From Pelotomaculum sp. UBA3102 (GTDB lineage Bacteria > Bacillota > Desulfotomaculia > Desulfotomaculales > Pelotomaculaceae): a stretch of 64,000 nt of DNA. The position numbers and the translations under genes were made by a program. The stretch spans positions 5-64,004 of the forward strand of contig DFAQ01000031.1 in NCBI GenBank assembly GCA_002365865.1, in the 5' to 3' direction. Of this stretch, positions 20,320-30,705 are shown in pieces (the stretch's first letter is position 1; every line of letters begins with the position of its first letter). The notes beneath the pieces are model-generated. The model was not told the origin of the DNA and did no database searches. It saw only the letters and a program-made list of their open reading frames with translations.

Positions 20320-22281
20320 TTATTCTTTAATCTGAAAAATAGTTTGTCCATACTCAACAGGTTCACCGCTCTCCACTAGAATTTTAACAATTTCACCGGT
20401 CACTTCTGATTCAATTTCATTCATTAATTTCATGGCTTCAATAATACATAGGGTCTGGCCCTTATGCACCCGGTCTCCGACTTCAACAAACGGGGGGGCA
20501 TCAGGAGCAGGAGCCCGGTAAAAAGTACCGACCATCGGAGATGTCACCGGAGTCAAACCAGAATCTGCTTCCTTTCCATTTTGAACAGATACGGAAGTGG
20601 CAGCAGCGGTTGCGATATTTTCACTGCTTACTGCCGGGGCCTGCTGTGGCGGTACCTTGTTTGCAATATTATCTTCCTGGGTTTGGCCTTTTCTAATAGC
20701 CACCTTTACCCCGGAACTCTCCAGGGAAACTTCGCTGATATCGGTTTCACTGATGATCTTTATAAGCTCTTTTACATCTTGCAGGTTCATGTTACTTACC
20801 TCCCTACCGGCTATTTTGCCTTCTTCCCTGTCTTTAAACGGTGCCTGGAGAGAAACATCTTTTGACTTGTCCTGCCGAACCGGTTTATTGCTCTCTTTTA
20901 CAACCCGGTTAAGCTCTTTTCCACCCCCTGTGTGTTTCATATCCAAAAAACGCCTGGCTACCTGGGGGAATAAGGCATAAGAAATAAGATCTTCCTCACT
21001 TTTTGCCAGATCTTTTGCTTCCTTCCTTATTTTGTCCATCTTGGGCTCCAACAAATCAGCAGGCCTGCTGGTTATGGGTTCACGGTCACCCAGCACTTTA
21101 TTCATTATTTCCCGGTCAACAGGCGCAGGGGGCCTGCCGTATTTACCTGCGATATAATCCCTGACCTCACCGGGCACCAGCTTATATCTTTCCCCGGTAA
21201 GCACATTAAGTACCGCCTGGGTACCCACTATCTGGCTGTTGGGCGTTACCAGCGGGGGATATCCAAGTTCCCTGCGGACTACGGGAATTTCATCCAGGAC
21301 CTCTCCGAGGCGGTAAAGAGCCTTTTGCTCCTCCAGTTGGGTAACCAAATTGGAAATCATACCACCCGGCACCTGGTGGTCAAAGACACGCAAATCATTA
21401 ATCCTGGTTACTCCCCGGCCGAAATTTCCGGCTTTTCTTACTTTTTCAAAATACTTGGTTATTTCAAAAAGATCGTGAATGTTTAATCCCGTATCATAAT
21501 CAGAACCCTGCAGGGCACGAACCACGGTCTCAACCGGGGGTTGGGAAGCACCGAAGGCTAATGGCATCGTGGCAGTATCAATTATATCCGCTCCCGCTTC
21601 AGCAGCCTTTAAGTATGCACCCACGGCCAGTCCGCCGATATAATGGCTGTGGCATTGAAGGGGCAGCTCAATATTTTCCTTTAATAATTTAACCAGGTCA
21701 TAAGCCTGGTAGGGAGCCAAAAGACCGGCCATATCTTTAATACATATAGAGTCGGCACCCATTTCAATCAACTGTAACGCCAGTTCAAGATAATGCCGGT
21801 TGGTATGTACCGGACTGATGGTGTACACCATAGCGGCTTGTACGTGGGCGCCGGCCTTTTTGGCCGCTGCAACGGCGGTCTTCAGATTCCGGATATCGTT
21901 AAGAGCATCGAAAACCCTGATGATATTAATACCGTTTTCTACTGCTTTTTCTATAAAACACTCCACCACATCATCAGGGTAGCTTTGGTAGCCCACCAGT
22001 GACTGCCCGCGCAAAAGCATTTGCAGCGGGGTGCTGCAGATTTGTTTTTTAAGCAGGCGCAATCTTTCCCAAGGATCTTCATTCAAGTATCTCAGGCAGA
22101 CATCAAAAGTTACCCCGCCCCATACTTCCAAAGAATGATATCCGATGTTATCCAGTTTATCCGCAATCGGCAGCATATCCGCAGTACTCATTCTGGTAGC
22201 CCAGAGACTTTGATGCGCATCCCGCAATGTTGTGTCGGTTATTTTTACCAGGTGGCTCAAGTTTTTCCCTCCCATACTCAC
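20320..22281 (-). CDS. pycB: pyruvate carboxylase subunit B / oxaloacetate decarboxylase alpha-type carboxyltransferase with C-terminal biotinyl domain
   Basis: 653 aa. [16 protein letters not shown]-barrel carboxyltransferase N-terminus. C-terminal biotinyl domain with the EAMKLMNE biotin-lysine motif. Confidence 0.85.
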   Translation of the reverse strand: MSMGGKNLSHLVKITDTTLRDAHQSLWATRMSTADMLPIADKLDNIGYHSLEVWGGVTFDVCLRYLNEDPWERLRLLKKQICSTPLQMLLRGQSLVGYQSYPDDVVECFIEKAVENGINIIRVFDALNDIRNLKTAVAAAKKAGAHVQAAMVYTISPVHTNRHYLELALQLIEMGADSICIKDMAGLLAPYQAYDLVKLLKENIELPLQCHSHYIGGLAVGAYLKAAEAGADIIDTATMPLAFGASQPPVETVVRALQGSDYDTGLNIHDLFEITKYFEKVRKAGNFGRGVTRINDLRVFDHQVPGGMISNLVTQLEEQKALYRLGEVLDEIPVVRRELGYPPLVTPNSQIVGTQAVLNVLTGERYKLVPGEVRDYIAGKYGRPPAPVDREIMNKVLGDREPITSRPADLLEPKMDKIRKEAKDLAKSEEDLISYALFPQVARRFLDMKHTGGGKELNRVVKESNKPVRQDKSKDVSLQAPFKDREEGKIAGREVSNMNLQDVKELIKIISETDISEVSLESSGVKVAIRKGQTQEDNIANKVPPQQAPAVSSENIATAAATSVSVQNGKEADSGLTPVTSPMVGTFYRAPAPDAPPFVEVGDRVHKGQTLCIIEAMKLMNEIESEVTGEIVKILVESGEPVEYGQTIFQIKE

Positions 22282-22307
22282 ACCACATATTATTTACCTT
22301 ATTAAAT

Positions 22308-22344
22308 GTAAAAAACAGGTTGTCACTTAAAGATAACAACCTGA
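22308..22344 (-). terminator. intrinsic terminator-like hairpin between spoIIIAH and pycB
   Basis: 8-bp stem caggttgt/acaacctg (22316-22323 / 22336-22343), 12-nt loop. On the minus strand a T6 run (22310-22315) follows. Ends only about 27 nt upstream of the pycB start. Confidence 0.65.
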
Positions 22345-22477
22345 TGACGGCACAGGTATGATCAAAAAAGACCGTTAATGTAATTATAGTAAATAAAGAT
22401 GTTTTTGGGAAGCTTCCTTTTGCAAGTATACAATATTCGAAACAATTTTTAGTTCACACTTTTAACAGCGAAATTGT

Positions 22478-23071
22478 TTAGGTCTCCCTTTTGATAATAA
22501 TAACAATATTTTGTTGGTTCATTCCGGTTTCCATGGAGACAAGTTCTCTAACATCTTTAGTTTCTTTTTCTGTCAAACTGTCGGCAGCAACGATTACGGT
22601 AACCGTACTTTCGGTTACCCGGACGAGCGCATCTCTGAAGCCCTTTGCCTTGAGCATATTGACCAAATCAATTTCCTCGGTCATATTTTTACTGATCGTC
22701 AGCAGTTGTTCCTGTGCTTTTTGCCTTGTTTCGGCAGTCACATTACTGCTGTTGATTACCTCCCGCAGCCACTCCACCTGCTGTCCGCGTATTTGCTCCC
22801 TCTCCAGCCGGTATTCAACAAAGAAGTCAGAATATGCGCCGGCATGCTTTTCAACTTTTGCCTCACTATTTTCATTCTCTCCCGGCAACGGCTTTCCTGC
22901 GGTTTCAAATTTAACCGTACCGGCAGCGGGACAGTTGTTCCGGTTTTCCGGCACGGTATGGTTTATTTCAAATAAATCAAACCGCCAGTTCAGACAGATA
23001 ATAGTCAGCCCGGCAACAACCAGCGCTGTCAACCTGGTTATGGTCCGCTTTTTAATAATTATTGACCGCAT
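22478..23071 (-). CDS. spoIIIAH: stage III sporulation protein AH
   Basis: 197 aa. N-terminal TM helix, then a charged linker and a YscJ/FliF-like C-terminal domain. Last gene of a complete spoIIIA operon. Confidence 0.85.
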   Translation of the reverse strand: MRSIIIKKRTITRLTALVVAGLTIICLNWRFDLFEINHTVPENRNNCPAAGTVKFETAGKPLPGENENSEAKVEKHAGAYSDFFVEYRLEREQIRGQQVEWLREVINSSNVTAETRQKAQEQLLTISKNMTEEIDLVNMLKAKGFRDALVRVTESTVTVIVAADSLTEKETKDVRELVSMETGMNQQNIVIIIKRET

Positions 23072-23703
23072 TATTCTCCCACCTCCATAGGCATTACGGC
23101 AATTTTTTGCGGCTCTATTCCCAGGGCAACCCTGGCAGCCTCAAAAAGTCTTGCCTTTACCAAGGCGTCACCGGCACCTTCGGCTACCACCAGGACCCCC
23201 GCCACCCGAGGTGCCGTCTCCCGCTCCACGACGGGCTGCTCACCTCCCGATCCGTTCCGGTTCATTACCAGTTGACCGCTTTCGGTATTTTCCGTAGTCA
23301 ACCGCGTTCCTCCCGACTGGTCCTGCTCCTGCGTTGTTTTCTTGCCAATGGTGCTGTTTACCGCGTAATCCACACTGGACGAACCGGAAAGTTTTACCGA
23401 AACTTCCACCCGTCCGGCTCCTTCCACCCGGCTGAGCAACGCACATATCCTTTCACTCAGTTTTTTTTCTTCTAAAGAAATACTGCCCGCAAACTGCTCC
23501 TGTGACGCCAACTCCGGCATTTCCTGGCGGGAAGGCTGCTGCCCGGAAGTCGTGCTTCCTCCTCTGGTGCCGGAAAAAACCAGCAACAGCACTCCTAGGG
23601 CGGCAAGACCCATAAGCCAAAGATTCCGTCTGCCCTGTTCTTTAGGGGGCAACCCGTTTTCCTTTTTCCTTCCCAGACCGAAAAATTCCCAAAGCTTTTT
23701 CAA
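23071..23703 (-). CDS. spoIIIAG: stage III sporulation protein AG
   Basis: 210 aa. N-terminal TM helix. C-terminal region VAGVLVVAEGA is typical of SpoIIIAG. Operon position fits. Confidence 0.85.
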   Translation of the reverse strand: MKKLWEFFGLGRKKENGLPPKEQGRRNLWLMGLAALGVLLLVFSGTRGGSTTSGQQPSRQEMPELASQEQFAGSISLEEKKLSERICALLSRVEGAGRVEVSVKLSGSSSVDYAVNSTIGKKTTQEQDQSGGTRLTTENTESGQLVMNRNGSGGEQPVVERETAPRVAGVLVVAEGAGDALVKARLFEAARVALGIEPQKIAVMPMEVGE

Positions 23704-23729
23704 AATGCCACCTCCTTAGATAGTATCTT

Positions 23730-24374
23730 TTAAGTACCCGGCGGGTATACTACCCGCACCTGCTCCGGATTCAGATTATAAAAATCAGCTACCGTATTGA
23801 TCAAACCGGCTACTGCTTCCCGGGGCGGCCCGGCTTCAGATCCTGCCAGAGTGCCTTCCTTTAAACGGTCAACCCGTACGGTCACCGGTTCTACCTCCAC
23901 TACCACTTGATTTTCCGGCTCCGGTTGCTCCGGCCCGGATTCCCTGGATACAACCAGGACAATTTCCCGCAACTGACCGTATTCAGGCTGGTTTTTTTTC
24001 GACTGAACTTTTACTTCTACGTCTACCACGGACACTTTTCTGTTAACCCGGGCCAGTGCCATTACCTGGTTTTCCAGCCCCTGCCGGTACTGTTCAAGTG
24101 CCGTCACTTGCTGGCCGGCATTAATTTTTTCGCCGTTTTCCCTTATGGCGGAAAACGAAAGGTCGTCTTTTTTTTGCACATAGGGTTGCAACTCACCGGT
24201 AAAATCAAAGCGGGTCAGATTTCCCACGGCCTGTACTACCGCTATAATTATCAGCAGGCCCACGACCATCTTAACGTATTTATTTACTTCACCTGCAGGC
24301 AGGAGCATTTCCAGGAACATCGCCAGAATAATAATGACGATTAAACTTTGTACCAGGCTGCGAATTATATCCAA
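23730..24374 (-). CDS. spoIIIAF: stage III sporulation protein AF
   Basis: 214 aa. Two N-terminal TM helices (IVIIILAMFLEMLLP...) and operon position. Confidence 0.85.
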   Translation of the reverse strand: MDIIRSLVQSLIVIIILAMFLEMLLPAGEVNKYVKMVVGLLIIIAVVQAVGNLTRFDFTGELQPYVQKKDDLSFSAIRENGEKINAGQQVTALEQYRQGLENQVMALARVNRKVSVVDVEVKVQSKKNQPEYGQLREIVLVVSRESGPEQPEPENQVVVEVEPVTVRVDRLKEGTLAGSEAGPPREAVAGLINTVADFYNLNPEQVRVVYPPGT

Positions 24375-24399
24375 TTGTTTTCCCCCCGTTATACCAAGA

Positions 24400-25587
24400 T
24401 CACCTCAACATCACGGTTAGGTTCCCAACACCGATCACTATGGTAATAGTGAAGAAAAACAGTAGACCTACCGTTGCTACCGCGGCAAAAATCAGGAGCA
24501 GATTATTACCGAGGCTGTTTAAGCAACTTACCATTTGCCCGTCACTGACCGGTTGGATTAAGGCCCCGGCAAGTTTGTACATGAAAGCTATGGTGATGAT
24601 TTTTAAAAGTGGTACCAACATCACAGTACCTATAACCGCCATTCCGGCAATTCCCACCGCGTTCTTGATCAACAGGGAAGAGCTGACTACAGCTTCCAAG
24701 GCATCGGATAACATACCCCCGACTACGGGCACAAAAGCATCTACACCAAATTTTGCCGTTCGAAACGCAACCGAATCCCCCACTGCCCCCGCCACTCCCT
24801 GAACGGCAAGTACCCCTAAAAAAATAGTTGAAAAAACACCCATCAGTCCCATGGCAATACTTTTCAACAAATCGGCCAAATTGGAAACCTTAAAACGGTC
24901 CGACAGGTTGTCCACTATGCCCAAAACAGCTGTGAAAAAGAGCAGCGGGAGGATAACATCTTTAATTAACGTCCCAAATACACCCAGGGTGGTAAGAATC
25001 ACCGGACTAAAAACGGCCGCTGAAGCCAATCCGCCTACCGCCACCAGCAAGGTAAGTAAAACCGGTAAAAGCGCCTGCATAAGGATGACCATGGTATCCA
25101 CCACTTCCCTGCCGGCATTGACCGCAAGCGTGAAAGAACTGACGGCAATGGTTATAAGCACCATATAAACAATCGCATAAGTGAGCTGTCCCACGGTGCT
25201 TCTATCAAAAGAAGAAATTAAATTTTGTAAAACAGCACAGATAACCGCCAGGATTACCAGCTTGCCCAACAGATCTAAATTTGCTACAACTTCGCTGAAT
25301 ATCTGCTCCAATATTTTTTTTAATATTTCGGCAGGTTGCCAGTCCATTTCCCCGTTAACCAGCCTGGTAACCATTTCCTTAAAATTTATCCGGGGCACCG
25401 AACTTTTTATTTCCGTATCCAGTTGCTCAATGTATTCCTGGACTGCGCTAAATTCAGGTGAAGAAATATTTGCGCCGCTTTCTTTGACGGCAGTTTGTCC
25501 CGTTGCGGTAGAAACCGGAACCCCAATCAGAAAAAGAACCGTCAATAATAACCGGAATAACCGGCAAACTCTGCTCACCGTAAACAC
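24400..25587 (-). CDS. spoIIIAE: stage III sporulation protein AE
   Basis: 395 aa. Signal peptide plus about 7 TM helices. Operon position fits. Confidence 0.9.
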   Translation of the reverse strand: MFTVSRVCRLFRLLLTVLFLIGVPVSTATGQTAVKESGANISSPEFSAVQEYIEQLDTEIKSSVPRINFKEMVTRLVNGEMDWQPAEILKKILEQIFSEVVANLDLLGKLVILAVICAVLQNLISSFDRSTVGQLTYAIVYMVLITIAVSSFTLAVNAGREVVDTMVILMQALLPVLLTLLVAVGGLASAAVFSPVILTTLGVFGTLIKDVILPLLFFTAVLGIVDNLSDRFKVSNLADLLKSIAMGLMGVFSTIFLGVLAVQGVAGAVGDSVAFRTAKFGVDAFVPVVGGMLSDALEAVVSSSLLIKNAVGIAGMAVIGTVMLVPLLKIITIAFMYKLAGALIQPVSDGQMVSCLNSLGNNLLLIFAAVATVGLLFFFTITIVIGVGNLTVMLR

Positions 25588-25591
25588 CGCC

Positions 25592-25978
25592 TTAAGGTAC
25601 CAGTTTTAAGAGTACCTGCAGTACCGCTACTACTATGGGCATTGCGAGTGCCAAAATAAAGATTTTGGCGGCAAACTCAATCTTTGTCGCTATTGCTCCT
25701 TCGCCCGCGTCACGACAAATTTGGGCCCCAAATTCGGCTATATATGCTACACCGACAATTTTTAGAATGGTACCGAGGTAAACCATGTTGATCCCGGCCC
25801 TGATTGCCAGGTCTTTGACAATATTCATCACCGCACTGATTTTACCCAGCACCATTAAAAAAAGGATTGCCCCGGCAGCTACTCCCAGAAGTACCGCCAA
25901 TTCCGGCTTTTGACTTTTTACTACCACAATCAGGACCGTAGCTGTCAGACCGACGGCAACAATTTGCAGAATCTCCAT
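25592..25978 (-). CDS. spoIIIAD: stage III sporulation protein AD
   Basis: 128 aa polytopic membrane protein (MEILQIVAVGL...). Operon position fits. Confidence 0.9.
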   Translation of the reverse strand: MEILQIVAVGLTATVLIVVVKSQKPELAVLLGVAAGAILFLMVLGKISAVMNIVKDLAIRAGINMVYLGTILKIVGVAYIAEFGAQICRDAGEGAIATKIEFAAKIFILALAMPIVVAVLQVLLKLVP

Positions 25979-26010
25979 GGCACATGACTCCTACATCAAA
26001 TTGTTCGCAA

Positions 26011-26214
26011 TTAAAAAAGCTTAAAAACCGACCTTACTTGATCAAACAAATTACCCAGCAGTTGAATGACCCAGATAAATACTATCGCAATACCGGCAAG
26101 AGTTACTATCTGGCCCTGTTCTTCCTTCCCGGCATGCTTCAATATAGTGTGGAGGACCGCTACCAGCATGCCGACACCGGCAATTTTAAAAATTAAATCA
26201 ATATTACTGTCCAT
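26011..26214 (-). CDS. spoIIIAC: stage III sporulation protein AC
   Basis: 67 aa, two TM helices (IFKIAGVGMLVAVL...). Operon position fits. Confidence 0.88.
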   Translation of the reverse strand: MDSNIDLIFKIAGVGMLVAVLHTILKHAGKEEQGQIVTLAGIAIVFIWVIQLLGNLFDQVRSVFKLF

Positions 26215-26236
26215 CCTAATCCCCTCTTTCTATCTA

Positions 26237-26755
26237 TTAATAAAGGATTAAAACCAACATGAGTCCGCCCAAAAAACCAAGGTAACTCCAAAGCTTGACG
26301 TTCCGTGCCGCTTCTTCTTCAGCCGCGACGGTTTCGGCTCTGATCTGTTCCATGGCCAAATGCAGGTGCTTGATTTGGTCGTCCCGGTCAGATATGCCCA
26401 GGGATGCCCCCAGGTTGCGCAGGATTAATAAATCCTGCGGCTTTAAAGCTGAACCGGGGTAATAGTTTGTCAATGATTTTTCCCAAGCCTCTGCAGCAGT
26501 TACCCCGGTCAGCGATGAAAGTTCTCCGGCTGCCTGGTAAAACAACGGACCTACCGCATCGTCACAGCGTGAACCGACCTGCTTCATAGCTTCCGCCAGT
26601 TGGGTCGCCCCGTAAACCACCTCGGTTTCCAACATCTGTAATGCGGTTCTTAAAAAGCGCAGTTCCCTGGGTCTGCGGGAATAACCTCCGGCCATGACTA
26701 TTCCGCAAAGACCGCTTGCCGCTACAACCATGGCAGCCCCCAATAACTTCAGCAC
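26237..26755 (-). CDS. spoIIIAB: stage III sporulation protein AB
   Basis: 172 aa. TM helices at the N- and C-termini with a GspF-like cytoplasmic domain between them. Operon position fits. Confidence 0.88.
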   Translation of the reverse strand: MLKLLGAAMVVAASGLCGIVMAGGYSRRPRELRFLRTALQMLETEVVYGATQLAEAMKQVGSRCDDAVGPLFYQAAGELSSLTGVTAAEAWEKSLTNYYPGSALKPQDLLILRNLGASLGISDRDDQIKHLHLAMEQIRAETVAAEEEAARNVKLWSYLGFLGGLMLVLILY

Positions 26756-27762
26756 TTTTTCACCTCCAAAGAACAGAAACTTTTTCCGTCGATGATCTTT
26801 TCTACAGTTCCCACCCCCCGGGACCGGCCGAGAATGACAATACGGTCAACCATTTTATGATTTATGATCTTTTCCATGACCGGTCTTTCCGCCAAATCCG
26901 CCAGAGAGGAACCATGGGCGGTAATTAAGACTTTAACCCCGGCATTCAAGACTTCCTCCAAGGCATCTACATCCTCCCGCCGGCCAATTTCATCGGCTGC
27001 GATCACACGTGGACTCATGGATCGCAGCAGCATCATCATTCCTTCAGCTTTGGGGCATCCGTCAAGCACATCAGTCCTTACTCCCACGTCCAACTGGGGT
27101 ACTCCCTTATAACAACCTGCTATTTCTGAACGCTCGTCCACCAGACCTACAGCCAGACCCGGCAACCCCAGCTCAGGTATACCACTGCTGATTTGCCTGA
27201 CTACATCCCTGAGAATAGTTGTTTTTCCACAGCGGGGAGGCGATATCAGAACCGTATGATATACATCTTTACAGTTTTTATTAATAAGGTACGGCATCAA
27301 GCCTGAAGCAGCACCGGGTACCTCCCGGCAAATCCGGATATTACAACCGGAAAAATATTTTAATGTCCGGACGGTTCCTCTTTCCAAAACCGCCTTACCG
27401 GTAATACCTGCACGGTGCCCCCCGGGCAGAGTAATAAAACCGTTTTTTAATTCTTCTTCCAAGGCATAAATAGAAGAGCCGCTAATTAACTGGATCAGTC
27501 GCTCCATATCTTTGGCGGTAACCTTGTACGCATTAACCGCCAGTCTTACGGGTCTGCCACCCGGGTCCAAAAAGACATCTTCGGCTGTAAAGCCCAGTAC
27601 CAGGGGCCGGCCCTGCCTGATACGGATTTCTTCCACCTTATCTTTGATTGACTTGGGCAAATTAACTATCATATGGCGGATATGCAAGGGAAGAACCGGC
27701 AAAATATCGTTTACCGCCTCATTGCCGTTTGACACCGGTACAGATTGACGGACTTTATTCAA
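26749..27762 (-). CDS. spoIIIAA: stage III sporulation protein AA (secretion-type ATPase)
   Basis: 337 aa. Walker A SPPRCGKTT and Walker B VIAADEIG. First gene of the operon. Confidence 0.92.
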   Translation of the reverse strand: MNKVRQSVPVSNGNEAVNDILPVLPLHIRHMIVNLPKSIKDKVEEIRIRQGRPLVLGFTAEDVFLDPGGRPVRLAVNAYKVTAKDMERLIQLISGSSIYALEEELKNGFITLPGGHRAGITGKAVLERGTVRTLKYFSGCNIRICREVPGAASGLMPYLINKNCKDVYHTVLISPPRCGKTTILRDVVRQISSGIPELGLPGLAVGLVDERSEIAGCYKGVPQLDVGVRTDVLDGCPKAEGMMMLLRSMSPRVIAADEIGRREDVDALEEVLNAGVKVLITAHGSSLADLAERPVMEKIINHKMVDRIVILGRSRGVGTVEKIIDGKSFCSLEVKKC

Positions 27763-27824
27763 GCTTATCCCTCCCTTGATAAATTAATATTGAACCGACC
27801 GGCAAGATATACCAAAAATAATAA

Positions 27825-27886
27825 TTTATTAAATAAATTAAGCCGCCCCGGTAACTGATTTCACCCAGTAACCCAAAACGGCTTCA
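27825..27886 (-). terminator. candidate terminator upstream of the spoIIIA operon
   Basis: Long composite hairpin with outer stem aagccg/cggctt (27840-27845 / 27879-27884) and an inner 7/8-bp stem. On the minus strand an A/U-rich tail follows rather than a clean U run. Confidence 0.45.
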
Positions 27887-27938
27887 CCTAAATTTAATAA
27901 CTTTTTAATTTAAAAATGATTCTTCTTACGATATGAAT

Positions 27939-28385
27939 TTAAATGTCCTCTTCCTCCGCACCTGCCGCACTTCCGGTCAACTGCTCATTATATACCTTCG
28001 GCTTACCTTCGTTCAGGTAGGTATGGTCATTGGCAAAGACCACTTCACCGCAGTTGGGACAAGTCACTTCAATCATGTCATCGGCGTCAATAATACCGGC
28101 GTCAAAATATACCGTTTCACCGCACCCGGGGCAATCCACCTCATGATAATCCGCGGCATCTTCCTCATAGATTTCGTCTTCCAGTTGATACAGGTCTTCA
28201 TCTATACTCTCCAGGAATTCTTCCAACTGTTCATGACCGTCCTCCAGGTCGCTCATGGACTGTGCAAAATCATTAAGCACTTCGATAATCCCGCTTAAAA
28301 GTTTACCTTCTTTGCTTCCGGCATCCAAATCAAGCCCGGCAGACAATCCCTGCAGGTATGCTACCCTTGATTTCAAGTCCTTCAT
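27939..28385 (-). CDS. conserved acidic zinc-ribbon protein (CD1247-N-terminal-domain-like)
   Basis: 148 aa. Helical N-terminal part (RVAYLQGLSAGLDL), very acidic linker, two CxxC pairs (CPGCGE...CPNCGE). The family name is recalled from memory. Confidence 0.5.
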   Translation of the reverse strand: MKDLKSRVAYLQGLSAGLDLDAGSKEGKLLSGIIEVLNDFAQSMSDLEDGHEQLEEFLESIDEDLYQLEDEIYEEDAADYHEVDCPGCGETVYFDAGIIDADDMIEVTCPNCGEVVFANDHTYLNEGKPKVYNEQLTGSAAGAEEEDI

Positions 28386-28478
28386 TAAAAAAAGTACCCC
28401 CTTCGATAAAATTGTTACGTGGCTAATTTTGGCTTTAATAGTATGTCTCTATTCAGGGGGTTTTAAACATCCTTTGAT

Positions 28479-29036
28479 TTAAGCGCGCTTAATATAATTC
28501 CCCGTTCTGGTATCAATCTGGAGTTTGTCGCCCACATTAATAAACAAAGGTACCTGGACTACGGCACCGGTTTCCAGGGTAGCCGGCTTGGAGCCGCCCG
28601 AAGCCGTGTCACCCTTAATACCGGGTACCGTTTCGGTAACTTCCAACTCAACAAAATTAGGCAGTTCCACACCGATTGATCTACCCTGAAAAGTCAGGAT
28701 TTGAATATTCAGGTTATCTTTCAGGTACTTAACGGCATCGCCCAGCTGCTCGGCATCCATGGCCAGCTGGTCGTACGATTCCAGGTCCATAAAGTTATAA
28801 TCTTTACCGTCATGGTACAGGTACTGAACTTCGCGTCTTTCGATTCTGGCCTTGGGTATTTTTTCCCCGGCACTGAAAGTCTTTTCGATGACTGCACCCG
28901 TCCGCATGTTCCTTAGTTTTGAGCGTACAAAAGCGGCACCTTTTCCCGGCTTAACGTGTTGAAACTCGATTACCTGAAATACTTCTCCATCCAACTCAAT
29001 TGTGAGCCCGGTCTTGAAATCGTTGGTTGAAATCAA
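28479..29036 (-). CDS. efp: translation elongation factor P
   Basis: 185 aa. [43 protein letters not shown] is canonical EF-P. Confidence 0.97.
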   Translation of the reverse strand: MISTNDFKTGLTIELDGEVFQVIEFQHVKPGKGAAFVRSKLRNMRTGAVIEKTFSAGEKIPKARIERREVQYLYHDGKDYNFMDLESYDQLAMDAEQLGDAVKYLKDNLNIQILTFQGRSIGVELPNFVELEVTETVPGIKGDTASGGSKPATLETGAVVQVPLFINVGDKLQIDTRTGNYIKRA

Positions 29037-29064
29037 TTCTTCCGCCTCCTGTAAGAAATATTTA

Positions 29065-30135
29065 TCATAAAACCATTAACTCTTCTTTGGGTGATTCATT
29101 TAATACCCTTGAACCGCTGTCTTCCACAAGCACCGTATCCTCAATCCTTACTCCTCCCCAATCAGGCAGGTAAATTCCAGGTTCAACGGTGACAACCATG
29201 CCTGCCTGCAAAACAGTATGCTCCTTTGAGGATAACCTGGGGCTTTCATGTATGTTCAAACCCAGACCATGTCCGGTACTGTGGCCGAACTGTTTACCGT
29301 AACCTCTGCTCTCAATTACCTTTCTGGCGGCAGCGTCAATTTCCGAGGCCTTTACCCCGGCCCTCACGGCAGAAACAGCTTTCACTTGGGCCTCCAAAAC
29401 AATATTATAGATATCCTTCTGCTTCCGGTCCGGCCTGCCGACAACCACCGTTCTGGTCATATCGGAATGATAACCCCGGTAGACTGCGCCAAAGTCTATC
29501 GTGACCAGGTCGCCCTCCCTGACGATCCTTGTTGAAGCCACACCATGAGGGAGGGCTGAACGGGGTCCGGAAGCCACAATAAACTTAAAAGCGGCTCCGT
29601 CCGCTCCACAACTGCGCATGATATATTCCAACCGAAGTGAAATTTCCCGCTCGGAAATCCCCGGCCTGACAACGGGCAGTATCCGGCCAAACGCCTCATC
29701 GGTAAGCTGCACCGCTTCGGTAATATTTTTTATTTCACCTTCGTCCTTACAGAGTCTTAATTCCTCTACCAGGCCCCCGGCAGGTTTCAGATTCACCCCC
29801 GACAGCTTATCTTCCATGGCAGCATACTGGTTATACGTCAGGTGGTCCCCCTCGCAACCCATCACGATAATGCCGTTTTCCGCGATCGCCTCCGGCAAAG
29901 ATTCAAGGTAAGAATCTTTAACTTCGATGATTTCAAACCCCGGGCACTCCCGCAATGCCTGCCCTGTGTAACGAAAATCAGTCAATAAGTAAACTTTTTC
30001 CCTGCAAACTAAAAGAGCGCCGGCGGTACCGGAAAAACCGCTCAGGTAAAAACGGTTTTCCGGACTTGTGATATAAAAAGCATCCACCCCGGCACCTTTC
30101 ATCAGCCGGCGTAGTCTCCCAATCCTCAGTCCCAA
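29065..30135 (-). CDS. Xaa-Pro aminopeptidase/dipeptidase (M24B)
   Basis: 356 aa. Creatinase-like N-domain plus pita-bread fold with [13 protein letters not shown] and EPGIY...GGVRIED. Confidence 0.9.
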   Translation of the reverse strand: MGLRIGRLRRLMKGAGVDAFYITSPENRFYLSGFSGTAGALLVCREKVYLLTDFRYTGQALRECPGFEIIEVKDSYLESLPEAIAENGIIVMGCEGDHLTYNQYAAMEDKLSGVNLKPAGGLVEELRLCKDEGEIKNITEAVQLTDEAFGRILPVVRPGISEREISLRLEYIMRSCGADGAAFKFIVASGPRSALPHGVASTRIVREGDLVTIDFGAVYRGYHSDMTRTVVVGRPDRKQKDIYNIVLEAQVKAVSAVRAGVKASEIDAAARKVIESRGYGKQFGHSTGHGLGLNIHESPRLSSKEHTVLQAGMVVTVEPGIYLPDWGGVRIEDTVLVEDSGSRVLNESPKEELMVL

Positions 30136-30150
30136 TATAACTCCTCCTGT

Positions 30151-30585
30151 TTACGCACCTGCTAATTCAACCGCAGCTCTCAAAGCCAAGAAATACCCGC
30201 TAACCCCCAGCCCGCTGATCTGTCCTGCGGCCGCAGGGGCAATCACGGAATGATTGCGGAAATCCTCCCGGGCATATATGTTGGAAAGGTGTACTTCGAC
30301 AGTGGGGATTTCAATGGATAAAACGGCGTCATGCAGGGCAAAGCTATAGTGGCTGTAAGCCCCGGGGTTAAAAACAACGGCGGCAAATTCCACCGCTGCA
30401 TGATGCAAAATATCAATTAACTCTCCTTCATGATTCGACTGCCGGCAGGTTATTTCAACTCCAAGTCTTTCAGCCAGGTTAATCAGGTCCCGGTTAAGCT
30501 CATCAAGTGTGCGGCTTCCATATACAGCAGGTTCCCTCTTCCCCAAGAGATTTAAATTCGGGCCGTGCAATACCAAAATTTTCAA
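30151..30585 (-). CDS. aroQ: type II 3-dehydroquinate dehydratase
   Basis: 144 aa. MKILVLHGPNLNLLGKREPAVYG and NPGAYSHYS motifs. Confidence 0.95.
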   Translation of the reverse strand: MKILVLHGPNLNLLGKREPAVYGSRTLDELNRDLINLAERLGVEITCRQSNHEGELIDILHHAAVEFAAVVFNPGAYSHYSFALHDAVLSIEIPTVEVHLSNIYAREDFRNHSVIAPAAAGQISGLGVSGYFLALRAAVELAGA

Positions 30586-30705
30586 TCATAACCACCCCTT
30601 AAACCGGATGGCAACATTTTACCACAAGATACTTTTATACGCCAGAAACTCGCCCCGATCCATGTTTTTACCGGAATTTTTACCTGATCAACAGGTTTAT
30701 GCTTC

